Virus record (IMG/VR): IMGVR_UViG_3300014208_000028
Location: 29,123 to 93,122 of that record
Reading direction: 5' to 3' (one strand)
Source of the DNA: a virus
DNA length: 64,000 bases
The position numbers and the translations under genes are program-made. The number at the start of each line of letters is the position of its first letter. The first letter of the stretch is position 1. The notes beneath the pieces were generated by a model. It worked only from the letters and a program-made list of their open reading frames with translations, made no database searches and had not been told where the DNA came from. Below are positions 48,720 through 59,100 of the stretch, one piece after another.

Positions 48720-50540
48720 TAGTTTTCCTCCCCCGCCAAGGCAGGTGCTATATGATGTTTTGAGAATGCCCTTGGCCACGCAGACCTCAGTATCGGCGCA
48801 CGATTTGCCCAGGTTGCAGGGATCATGACACGGGTCTTCCACCGCGTCCGCGAGGGGGCAGCCGGGGTGGATGCCGGTGTAAGGATCACCATCCCAGTCT
48901 TTTGCAAATATCTGACTGCAATCATATATCTCCCCGTTGTGGTGATTGCATCCCTGTTGCGACTCCGAAAAATAGATGCAGTTACAGCACCTCTCAATCA
49001 CCCTCTCCGGTATGATCTTTTTCATCGTATTCTCCTTCCGCTGGTGTCGCCTGGTTTGAACACCGGCAGATGCAGTCGCACTTTAGCAACTATCTCCTCC
49101 TTCATTTCTGTGCCGCAATCATCATCCAAAGGATGAGGTCGGGGAGTAGTGTCTGTCTCTTTTCTCGCGTCCGGTATGATCTTTTTCATCAGTCCTCCTT
49201 CTTCCTTGACCCCTCGAAAAACGATTTACGGTCGATGCCGAGTTTCTTGTCTATGTACTCCAATTCGTTTCTAAGACCGATACTTCCACCGAACACGAAC
49301 ACCACCCCTATTACCTGCATCCAACCCGATTCCCAACACGCCAGACAGATGCCACTCGCAAGAATTACCAACCAATCAAAAGTATGCCTCATCCTTCCTC
49401 CTTCGCGGTCTTGCCTGATTTCTTCCCGGCAACAATTTTTCCTACCCGCTTTCCCAGCGCATCCAACCTCCAACGGGGCCATGTCTGGGGTTTATCGATA
49501 TCGAATTTTGGCTTGCTCATTTGTTTTCCTCCAATGCGGGCTTGCCGCACAGCGGGCAGAATTTCCAATCGTGGTTCCAGTGTTCGCTATTTGGGCCATG
49601 ATCGCGGTCGGGATAGTTGCGGAAAAATTCCTCGGTATAATTATTACGGCCATTCTCTGTGTAAAAGCACTTCTCCGCGCACTCATCCCCTGGCTTGCTC
49701 ATTTGCCCTCCCCGTGGCCGTCAGTGATGGTGATGGTGATGGGTTTAACTTCACTAGTGAGGCAACACCCAAAATAATCGTTGATATTTTTAGGTGGACA
49801 CACAGTACACCATACTCTCGGACTTCCATCATCATCAAAGTGACAAGCCCAAACTTTCTTGACTATCATCCCTTCTCCTCCTCGATGGTGAGGGTTACGG
49901 GGACAGAATCCATGCACATGTACTGCCGCATATAAACGGTAATCATGTCCACATCGCGCCCAACAAGCCCCTTGTGCACCCACCCCTTCACCTTCCTGCC
50001 GTTGTTCATGTCGAGGGCGGTATTGATGAGGTCTTTAGCCTGTTCGCGATCGGCTTCGAGTTCCTTGACGCGGGCGAGGGCGGCGTCCAGCTTGTACCCG
50101 AACAGGTCGAGTTCGTTCTGGGCGGCGTCACGCTCCTGCTCCATCGTTATGAGGGCAAGTTCGGCTTCGTGCGAACGATGCTTGAAGGTTTGACAATCAT
50201 CGAGGGATACCACCCGTTTCTTTTCCTCATCGTTAATCTTGGCGACTAGGTTTACCCTGTCAGCTTTCATCTCCTCCACCACGGCTTCGAGCTCCTTCAC
50301 GCGGGCGAGGGCAGCGTCAAGCTGCTTCTCGACAACCCCTTTAGCACCCGTAAACTCGACACACTCATCGTGCTTACCGGCTTCGGAACATTTGTCCCGC
50401 GCAATACAATTCGCTTTAGGCTGAAAGTGGCGGGCGCAACCCCTTACGATGTTGGGGCGATCAGCCGAGTCAGATAAGCTCAAATAGCAGTTCGCCTCCG
50501 CCCCGCAACTTGGCCACATCAACGCACATTTATTACAAGT
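48720..50540 (-). other. high-GC insert of about six small coupled genes (48708-49025, 49022-49189, 49189-~49386, 49517-49702, 49699-~49869, 49866-50552)
   Basis: Abrupt shift to roughly 50% GC (by eye) and G/C-ending codons; ATGA/TGATG coupling. Confidence 0.8.
49006..49190. repeat. 21-nt direct repeat TCCGGTATGATCTTTTTCATC (49006-49026 and 49170-49190): duplicated gene start MKKIIP
   Basis: Exact repeat read from sequence. Confidence 0.85.
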
Positions 50541-50542
50541 AC

Positions 50543-51070
50543 CTATACACATAATTTCTCCTTTAATTTATAGTACTCTACTATAAACATATTTTTAATT
50601 TCACTCATAGAATATTCTTTTATTTCTATATAAGGAACTTCAATATCTTTTTTATACCAATCTTTTCCTTTATCCGCCATTAATTGCTGAGCCTCATTTA
50701 CAAGTAATATATAGTCAGCATCATGAATAGCTTTTGAAAAGGGATAAATTATATTAGCCCAAGAACATAATTTAATTTGTAAATTTTCTTCTATCAGTTT
50801 ATAGTCCGGCAAATATCTTTTTAACGGTCTACTTACATCCCCTAAATATGCTTCCGTAGCATCGTGCAATAATCCAGTTAATTTTAAATCATTAGACATT
50901 AACTCACTTACTAATAATGAGTGCTGAGCTATACTATAAAATCTATTAGTATGGCCGACAAATCTACATTGATGAGAAAGCGCATGAGCAATATCTATAA
51001 TATTAAATTCAGGATCATCAAATTTGAATTTAATTCCAGTAAATGTCGATATATCCCAACTATCTTTCAT
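50543..51070 (-). CDS. YfbR-like HD 5'-deoxynucleotidase
   Basis: IAHALSHQCRFVGH..FYSIAQHS, LLHDATEAYLGDVSRPLK, AD. Confidence 0.88.
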   Translation of the reverse strand: MKDSWDISTFTGIKFKFDDPEFNIIDIAHALSHQCRFVGHTNRFYSIAQHSLLVSELMSNDLKLTGLLHDATEAYLGDVSRPLKRYLPDYKLIEENLQIKLCSWANIIYPFSKAIHDADYILLVNEAQQLMADKGKDWYKKDIEVPYIEIKEYSMSEIKNMFIVEYYKLKEKLCV

Positions 51071-51327
51071 ATATTCTCCGTGATTTTAGCAATATTGACT
51101 AAATCATCAAGTATTTCTCTATTTTTATATACATATCTACCTACTATTTTTCCTATTTTTACAGCCTCTCTATTAGAATTTATCTCTAAATTAAGATCCT
51201 TAATTATATCGTATTGCAGCATAATTATATTTCGTAAATAATTAACATCATTACCGCTTTTAATAAGAGATTCCTGCCACTCTCTAGGAAAACAAGAATC
51301 TATATACTCTTCCCATTTTAAATCCAT
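51067..51327 (-). CDS. hypothetical protein
   Basis: GGAGG RBS, ATGA overlap. Confidence 0.65.
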   Translation of the reverse strand: MDLKWEEYIDSCFPREWQESLIKSGNDVNYLRNIIMLQYDIIKDLNLEINSNREAVKIGKIVGRYVYKNREILDDLVNIAKITENI

Positions 51328-51330
51328 TAC

Positions 51331-51525
51331 CTATTCCTCCAAATACTTTTCTACAGCATTCTCATCCCAATCTACATCCCAAGTCATAGGATATATAATA
51401 ATGTTATCCTTACTATCTAATTCTCCATTATCATAATCCTTAACTATAATATCTATACCTGCCGTGCTAAAATTAGATACTATATTTTGTATATTTCCAC
51501 CCTCAACATGAATTACTATAGTTTT
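51331..51525 (-). pseudogene. 65-codon frame lacking a canonical start (KTIVIHVEGGNIQNIV...YLEE)
   Basis: Fills the gap exactly with typical codon usage; in frame with upstream TAA; A6 run at the junction. Confidence 0.5.
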
Positions 51526-52471
51526 TTATCTAACATATATATACTCATCTAAGATAGTTAATAACTTTTCAGAATACTCTAATCTCATCTTACAAGCCTC
51601 GTCATATGCTTCCTCTCCCCCATTAGGAAATTTTCGTAAAGCTTTTTTAGTAATAGCCCAATCCACAGCATCAGAAAAGTTTCTACTGAAAACTTTATCT
51701 CTACTTTTTTCCAAATCTTCTTTAGATATTGGAGAAGTAATACCTGCTCTAATTTGTTTCATAAATTCTTTAATCACTTTAATCTCCTCTTTGAATAATT
51801 ACATCTCCATAAGCACTTATAGTCGCCCCAAAATTTTTATCGTTTAATGGGTGAGCTATTTTATATAATTCTATAGCTCTATCTAAATAAACCTCTACTA
51901 TTTCTTTTTCGTATCCTGCATCACTAAAACAAATTGCTCTTCTAGAAGCTTTATTATAATCAGTAATAGAATTAGCGGTTACTTGAGATATTCTAATCTT
52001 CTTTTCTAAAGTCTCGTTTATATGCTTTTTAAAACCAGTAACTCTTTCATGATCGTGATCATCGGGCCGATTTTGAAACTTACCACTACCATATACAAAT
52101 TTAATTTTCTGTATCATAGTTCTATCAGTATATATAGTCCCATGTAAATTAAAGTTATTAGGAATAACTTCCTTAATAGGCTCAGTCTTTATTTTAGATA
52201 ATTTATAAGTCTCTTCTTCATTTAAACCTTTAAATCTATTTTCTAATTTTCTAATTTTTGGTAATTCAAAATTACCTTTCCACTCTAATAATTCCTCACA
52301 GTTATTGCAATAATAAATATGCTCATTACTTATATTACTATTACTATCTTCCATATCTATAGGTAATGGAATATCATCTTTTTCAAAATTCGCGGCCAGA
52401 TAAGTATATTTGTAATTACCGATATATTTAATTACTTTTTTTACTTCCCCGCAAATAGGGCATATAAACAT
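51526..52471 (-). CDS. two hypothetical proteins (51526-51777; 51779-52471 with Zn ribbon CPICG...CNNC)
   Basis: ORF track. Confidence 0.65.
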
Positions 52472-52540
52472 GTATAACTCCTTTCAAAAAATGACCTCCG
52501 TAAAAAAAGACTTTCTACGAAGGTTATATAACATAAAAAT

Positions 52541-52719
52541 AAAAAAATTAACCCCTGAGATTTTATCGTCTAAGTGTAATCCTAAAATCTCTTATTCCTG
52601 CTGGCGACAAGGACAAAAATCCATGCGCCGACACGAACATAATGGAATATTTTATAGAGCCTTTATACTGTAGCTTAGAGCAGTAAAGGTTATACAGAAG
52701 AGGGGTTAGTCCTTCCGTA
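52541..52719 (-). ncRNA. putative ~180-nt four-stem RNA with two long-range pseudoknots
   Basis: TGTTATAAT promoter at 52723-52731; four stems; UAACCCCU/AGGGGUUA and UCUAAG/CUUAGA complementarities; ends in U7. Confidence 0.6.
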
Positions 52720-52818
52720 ATAATTATAACATATTATTTTAATTTTTAACGGCGCAAATAGATATAAAAAATTGTTATATAATACTTGAATCAAATCTAT
52801 TTTAGAAAGGACTTTATA

Positions 52819-53247
52819 ATGTGTAATCCTAGTCTTCCTCCCGAGTTGGAAAAAGATTATTTTCCTGAAACAAGAGTTTTACGTATTTTAAAATTAGAGT
52901 ATACTGCTCTAGTTTACATGAGAAATAAAAAAGTATTGCCTCAGATTGTACAAAAAACATTTACAAGCGGTACTACTGGAGGTACAGTAACTGCTTGGTT
53001 TTATAAAAAAGACCGAGAACGGGACTTGCTAATAACTATTATCAAAGAAAGATTAAGTGGATTTTATAATAACCCTTTCGATTATTCAAATATTTTCAAT
53101 AATAAGCATCTTGACGTACAGCAGCAAAAAGAACTTATAGGATTATTTGCAATAGCAGATTATGAAAATCGAAAAACATACAGAGAGAATTGGGGGGACG
53201 GGAAATTAGGAGATAGAAAACATAATGCCTTTTACACATATATGTAA
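52819..53247 (+). CDS. hypothetical cassette gene
   Basis: ATG after GAAAGGA; promoter CGCAAAT...TGTTATAT; conserved terminator. Confidence 0.7.
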   Translation: MCNPSLPPELEKDYFPETRVLRILKLEYTALVYMRNKKVLPQIVQKTFTSGTTGGTVTAWFYKKDRERDLLITIIKERLSGFYNNPFDYSNIFNNKHLDVQQQKELIGLFAIADYENRKTYRENWGDGKLGDRKHNAFYTYM

Positions 53248-53263
53248 AAAGCATTTAAAGAGG

Positions 53264-53288
53264 AAAAGAGGACTGCCTACTCTTTTTT
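53264..53288 (+). terminator. repeated terminator, copy 3 (loop GACTGCCTA)
   Basis: AAAAGAG-GACTGCCTA-CTCTTTTTT. Confidence 0.8.
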
Positions 53289-53290
53289 AA

Positions 53291-54946
53291 TTATTTATTA
53301 GATTTATCTGAGGGTTTAGTTTCCATAGTTATACCATTCCTACCAGATAAGAAATTTTTAACTTTGGATATTCCTATCTTTCTAGAAGAATTTTTAGCTG
53401 GAGTAATTATAGGAGTATGGTTAGTAGTCCTTAATTGTTTTAAGAATTGTTTAAATTCATCGTTTTGTTTAGCTTTTCTAGAACTTATACTATCGACAAA
53501 CTCTTCCACACTTTTTTTGCGTTTCGTCAAATGCCATCTATTAAGAAAAGTCTCAGGTAAAGTACTTATATATTTCTTAACTACGACTTTTCTATCTTCT
53601 GGTTTACGATTAGATTGTCCTTTTAACCGAACGCCCCTTGCCACAGCCTGATTTTCTGCCTCGGGGTTATAAGTATTTGATAGTAAGGATATGTGTGTAG
53701 TATTTGGAAGGTCAATTCCTTCCTTTCCACTAGAACTTACTAATAATACTTTACTTTTACCTACATTATATTCTTTAACTGCCTTATTCCTATCATTACC
53801 TTTAAATTCTTTGTTTCCCTTTCCAACAAACAGCCCGTGTTTAATATTTTTAGATTTAAGACTTTCAGAAAGTGTTTTCAACCCGCCATTTATGAAATCC
53901 GAGTATACCATAATCTTAGCATCTGGGGTTTCTTTTAAAGTTTTTTGTATGTCTTCTATAACAGCTTTTATTTTAGGAGAATCTTCTATAGTCTTTTCTA
54001 TAGGTTCTTTATTTCCCCATACATCGGTACTAACAGAGGCTTGTCTAGCTCTAAGTAATCTAGTAAATATATGTTTCATTTCTTTAGCAGAAGAGGGAGG
54101 AAGGCCTTGTTCTACTCTCTTTCTATCAGACCTAGATAAGTCCCCCATAGCAAAATCATATAACTGCTTTTCGCGGCCAGCTAAAGGTATTTTAATAGTC
54201 TCTTCTATTTTTTTAGGATAATCTTTTTCTAATTCTTCTTGCCCATAATAGAATACGCTTTTACCAAAAATTTCTTTTAAAGAACGCATATTCTTAAGCC
54301 TAGTCTCTTGTACAGGATGGCCATGTTCGTCTTTAACAGTTACATTCTGCATAAACCGCCTTTTAAAATCTGCCGGGTCTTTAATAGAAAAATTACTCCC
54401 TAATATAGAATGTAACATTGGAACTACTTCAGACGGCGTATTCGAAGAAACACTTCCGGCGAGTCCAATAACATTTCTAACTTTATTAGAAGAGTTCATC
54501 AAAGCATCAGCTAACTTACTATCAAAGTTTTTAGCCCTAGCCATTTCATCTACAATTAAACTATCTATAGGACCTTTAGCCGTCATTAAATACTTATCAG
54601 GATTTAATCTAAATAATTCTTGGCTGACAACATGATAGTTTAATGTTCCATCTCTAGAACTTTGCACAGCATTCATTTTATGAGAACCTTGGATATCGTG
54701 AATACTCACATTATCAGAGAATTTCTTAATGCCGCTATTTATAAAATTATCTTTAAGCGCAGCCGGTACAATGACTAACACATTCTTAGCTTTACCCTGT
54801 TGAGCCAATGACTCAATTCCGGCAATACTAGTGACTGTCTTCCCACTACCTGTAGCCATTGCCAACAAAATTCTTCCATTATTGGAATGTAAATTTTGTA
54901 AGGCTTCTTCCTGATGCGGCTCTAATTTAACATCTTTTTTTAACAT
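53291..54946 (-). CDS. SNF2-family SF2 helicase/ATPase
   Basis: MATGSGKT, IVDEMARAKN, SGKEGIDL, QAVARGVRLKGQ. Confidence 0.88.
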   Translation of the reverse strand: MLKKDVKLEPHQEEALQNLHSNNGRILLAMATGSGKTVTSIAGIESLAQQGKAKNVLVIVPAALKDNFINSGIKKFSDNVSIHDIQGSHKMNAVQSSRDGTLNYHVVSQELFRLNPDKYLMTAKGPIDSLIVDEMARAKNFDSKLADALMNSSNKVRNVIGLAGSVSSNTPSEVVPMLHSILGSNFSIKDPADFKRRFMQNVTVKDEHGHPVQETRLKNMRSLKEIFGKSVFYYGQEELEKDYPKKIEETIKIPLAGREKQLYDFAMGDLSRSDRKRVEQGLPPSSAKEMKHIFTRLLRARQASVSTDVWGNKEPIEKTIEDSPKIKAVIEDIQKTLKETPDAKIMVYSDFINGGLKTLSESLKSKNIKHGLFVGKGNKEFKGNDRNKAVKEYNVGKSKVLLVSSSGKEGIDLPNTTHISLLSNTYNPEAENQAVARGVRLKGQSNRKPEDRKVVVKKYISTLPETFLNRWHLTKRKKSVEEFVDSISSRKAKQNDEFKQFLKQLRTTNHTPIITPAKNSSRKIGISKVKNFLSGRNGITMETKPSDKSNK

Positions 54947-54964
54947 ATAATTATTATACCCTAT

Positions 54965-56134
54965 TTAACTATTCTTTTTCCACATACTAAATGCATTTTT
55001 ATTAGTTAATATTTTCCCATAAGTAGCTGCATTTTTATACCTATCTATCATTTTCTGCTCTACATCTTCGCCCACGTTTTTCCTAATATCATCTCCAACT
55101 GCTTCTGAATATTTCCCACCTTTACCGTAAGTATCAAATTTAAAAAACTTTCTAACCTGATCTCTAGTAGCCATTATTCTAGGAGTATTATTTAATCCTA
55201 AATTATCATATAAATCTTGTATTTCTTGAGTAACAAATGGGGTATAGAAAGAAGCTATACTATGTAGTTCCGCATCTTCAGCTTTAGTACGTATCATACT
55301 TACTTCTACATCAGTAGTATAATTACCGGAGGCTATATCTATAGTATGTCTTACTCCTTCTACATATCCGTAGATAATCTCATTCTCCCCGCCATCATAA
55401 GTATCTTCTATCTCAATTGGAAAACCAGGCATTATATTAGGATTAAATGGCATATGTAATTGCCCGCGCCGTTGAGAGTATCTCCTTATTTGAAACTCAT
55501 AACGTACTATAGATTTCATTAAACTAAATACTTCATTTAATAATTCTGTCTCTGCTTGTTCTTTAGATACTGCCGCAACATCTGAATCATTTGCTACAAC
55601 AGTATTGGCAGTATCTGTCTTTATAGTCTTATCATTTTTAAGTCTATTAGCAGAAAGATCTAAAAATCTTATAGTGACTATTTGAGGGTAACTAGCAACT
55701 ACTTCTTTTCCATTAGATAAGGTAGTTTTAATACTTATATACTCATCAGTAGCTATAGTAGATATAACTAAAGGCATTATTGTTTTTATATTAGTAGTAG
55801 ATACTTCTGAAGAAATTAGATACTGATTATCCTCTAATCCATATATATTATTACAGTCTTTCCAATAAGACTGTATTAATTGTTTATAAATATCTAATTT
55901 CTCTGGAGTAATAGTATATGAAGTACTTTTATTTATTTTTTCTAAGGTATCTCTAAGCGCCGAATTAGATACTAAAGGCCCTATAGTAGAGCCTATAGTA
56001 GCAGTACTAGCATCCCCAGCCCCCTGCATAATACTTATAAATAAATTATAATAAGCTCCATAATTAGATGCTGAGGCATTAGCAACTATAAATGCAGACC
56101 TTAAATCCGCTAATATTTCTCTTATAGTAATCAT
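54965..56134 (-). CDS. baseplate hub C-terminal-like protein
   Basis: FNPNIMPGFPIEI...YGYVEGVRHTIDI...YTTDVEVS resembles a gp27/VgrG-type hub end. Confidence 0.55.
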   Translation of the reverse strand: MITIREILADLRSAFIVANASASNYGAYYNLFISIMQGAGDASTATIGSTIGPLVSNSALRDTLEKINKSTSYTITPEKLDIYKQLIQSYWKDCNNIYGLEDNQYLISSEVSTTNIKTIMPLVISTIATDEYISIKTTLSNGKEVVASYPQIVTIRFLDLSANRLKNDKTIKTDTANTVVANDSDVAAVSKEQAETELLNEVFSLMKSIVRYEFQIRRYSQRRGQLHMPFNPNIMPGFPIEIEDTYDGGENEIIYGYVEGVRHTIDIASGNYTTDVEVSMIRTKAEDAELHSIASFYTPFVTQEIQDLYDNLGLNNTPRIMATRDQVRKFFKFDTYGKGGKYSEAVGDDIRKNVGEDVEQKMIDRYKNAATYGKILTNKNAFSMWKKNS

Positions 56135-59100
56135 TTAGTACTCACAGAAGCGACTATCTGCTCATTTTGTTTTATAATATCTTCCACATTCCTACCCAGT
56201 TTAGTTAACATATCAGCCACCGTATTTCCTTTAACTTCAGCCTCAGTAACCGCTTGACCATAGCCGTAAGCGCCATTATCTACATGCTCAGGATCATTTC
56301 CTACAACTCTTCCTACAACTTGACCTAATCTATTCGAATATTTAGGATTTCTTTCAACAAAAAATTTCTTTAAATATCCATCATAACCAAATCCTTGAGG
56401 CTCTTTATCATAACCTCCCCACCTTAAATTTATATTTGGATCTACAAAAGCTATTCCTAAAGCAGTAATTATTTGTGCTGAAGTTAAAGACTCCATTTGA
56501 TTAGTGTTATAGTTTTTATACTGTCTAATAGTTTTACTAGACCAATCATCTCCCCCTCCACTTTCTTCTACACCTACTCCATTACTCACTTCATGAATAT
56601 CTACAGCTTGAGCTATTTTATGTCTACTCTCTCCCTCTCCAGAATATCTAACTCCGCACTTAAACCAATAATGAGTTCCATACGTAAATCCATAAGTAGC
56701 TCTTACTGCAAGACAAGCCTTCATTAATCTCATCCAGAAAGGATAGTACAATCCTGCTAAATCTTTACGAGTATTAAAATCTATACCAAATGGATTTATA
56801 TCCTTATTTTCTATATTTAAATTAGCTTCTAATGCATCTTGATTAGCATACTTTAAAAATCCTGTCCCATAATTCTGTTCAGCCTGATTTTTTAATTCAG
56901 CTTGAGTAGCCGCACTATAATAATCTGTAGCATCAATCCAATCTGGAAGTATGCCAGTAAATATTTCCCAGGGCATTATTCTATCTACATTAGCCGGATC
57001 TTCAAATTCTTGGGGCGCATAGAATTTAGTTTTTAATACTGAAGGTAAATTTTTACCATCCCAAAATTCTGTTAGATTATTACATATACCTACGCCGCGA
57101 GTTATATCTGTTAATGAGTGTCTATCAAAAGAAAAACGAGTATATTCAGTACTAGATAACTTATTACATTTAGGCGCTTCTTCAAAATAAATTCTAGGGA
57201 CTATCATTCCAGTACCTAATACATTTACATCCTGATCATTCGCCTTGATAGATGGGAAAAGGGCTGGAACATAACTATAATATAATTTACTGAATATATA
57301 AGAAAATATCTGATCCACATTTACTTTCCAACCTGTAAAAATTCCTAATTGACTAGTTAAAGTTGTTTGAGCAAATTCTAAATCAAATAATTTACTTATA
57401 TTACTAGTTTCTCCTACTATCTGATCTAATAATTTAGTTCTAAATAATTCAAACTGTTGATATTTATCTATGTAGTTATTATTGCTAAATTGAATAATTA
57501 AATCTTTAACTACCGCAGCCATACCCTCATTTCCGGCCCGATTAAAACTATTTTTAATGTCAGTTAGAATAGCATTTCCAGCAGTAGCAGATTGAGCATA
57601 CATTTGTATACTAGCATTATTTACTCCTCCAACTACTCCTGAGCCTAATTGAATGTCTTGACTCATATAATTTAAAACTAAAGGAACATATTTTCTAGTC
57701 TCATTTTTAGTTATATATGGTTTTACTTGGTCGTAACTAGTGACATGATGAGAATCTAATAGTCCTTGTATATAAGTATCTCCTCCGTTATATCCCGCCG
57801 CTACTAGACCATAATCTCCTCCAAATTTTTTAAATAATTTAGATATATAGTAAGTGCCTACCATAATATTTTGTTCGGGGTCAGATCTATCCTCAATATT
57901 TCCTCTCAATCCTAATTCTTTAGAAAGTCCTGTCCAAGTATTAGGCATAATTTGCATTAATCCAACAGCCCCGGCCCTAGATACTTGATATTTACCTCCT
58001 TTAGATTCTTGCCATATAATAGCCTTAACGAATTTAGGATCTACTCCATAAATTTGAGCATACTTATTTACTATATCTTCAAAAGGAACTACACTTCCCG
58101 GCGCATAACTAGTGCCGGAAGTAGTTACTTGCTGCCCATTATTAGAACTTGCAGTAGTTATAGGACCAGTACTAGAAGTAGATAACGATTGGTCCCCCCA
58201 CATTATAGAAGTTTTTCCAGAACGAGTCATGTATTCAATATATTTTCCAAATAAACTGGTCTTTAAAGACTGCCAATTTTTAAGCTCTATATAAACTGTA
58301 AAAGTCATAAAATTATATTTAGAAGGAGCTACACTATTAAGTATAGATGAACTATAAAATTCACTACTCACACTAGACGCTCCTACACTCTTACTTCCAT
58401 AATCTATATTTTTAACATCACTTATAGATACTTTAGATAATTCGTCATGACTATTAATAGTATTTATAAATTCTTGTATTATAGGATCTCCAGTAGCACT
58501 AATTCCAGAGGGATTTAAAATTCTTACTGTTACATAAGTACCCAATCCCCATACAGAACTTTCTTTATCCTTATTTAAAGTATTGCTAATTTCTAAAAAT
58601 CCATATTTAATCATGTCTTTAATTACTATACTAGTATCTAAATATGGAGCTATTCTTTCAAATCTATAAGGATTAGATTCAGTATTTCCAGCTACTCCTC
58701 CAACATGATTAGAGTCAATAATTACTGATCCAGGAGAACTATTTTCTATGACAGGCCAGCCGCTGCTTATACTTAAATCAGTAACATAAGCATCGGGGCA
58801 GACCTCTATATTCTCATTATTAGTTCCAAATACTACGCGCTTTATACTATTTACTCCATTATTATAAAAACAAGTTTTAAATTCTGAGGCATACATACCT
58901 CCATGTCTTTTAATTAGAATGTTATTTAAATCTCTTTGAAGTTTTACATATTGGGTCATTAAAGATGGAGATTTACCTTTATAATATTTTACATTATTTC
59001 CCATCGCCCCATTCATCATCCCAAAATATTCCACATATACTTTATCCATCGGCCTTCCTAACAAAATTTTACCGCTATATAGATAGTCTCCTATTTTAGA

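Noticed and set aside
52594-52648. SRP RNA, tmRNA or 6S identity for the 52.6-kb RNA (contains AGCAG)
   Set aside because: No CAGG/GNRA domain IV, no tRNA-like ends or tag ORF, and no long rod with a central bubble
52470-52673. 67-aa plus-strand ORF across the putative ncRNA
   Set aside because: No RBS, and its start overlaps the start codon of the opposite-strand gene; promoter, G.U pairs and U-tract all favour a minus-strand RNA
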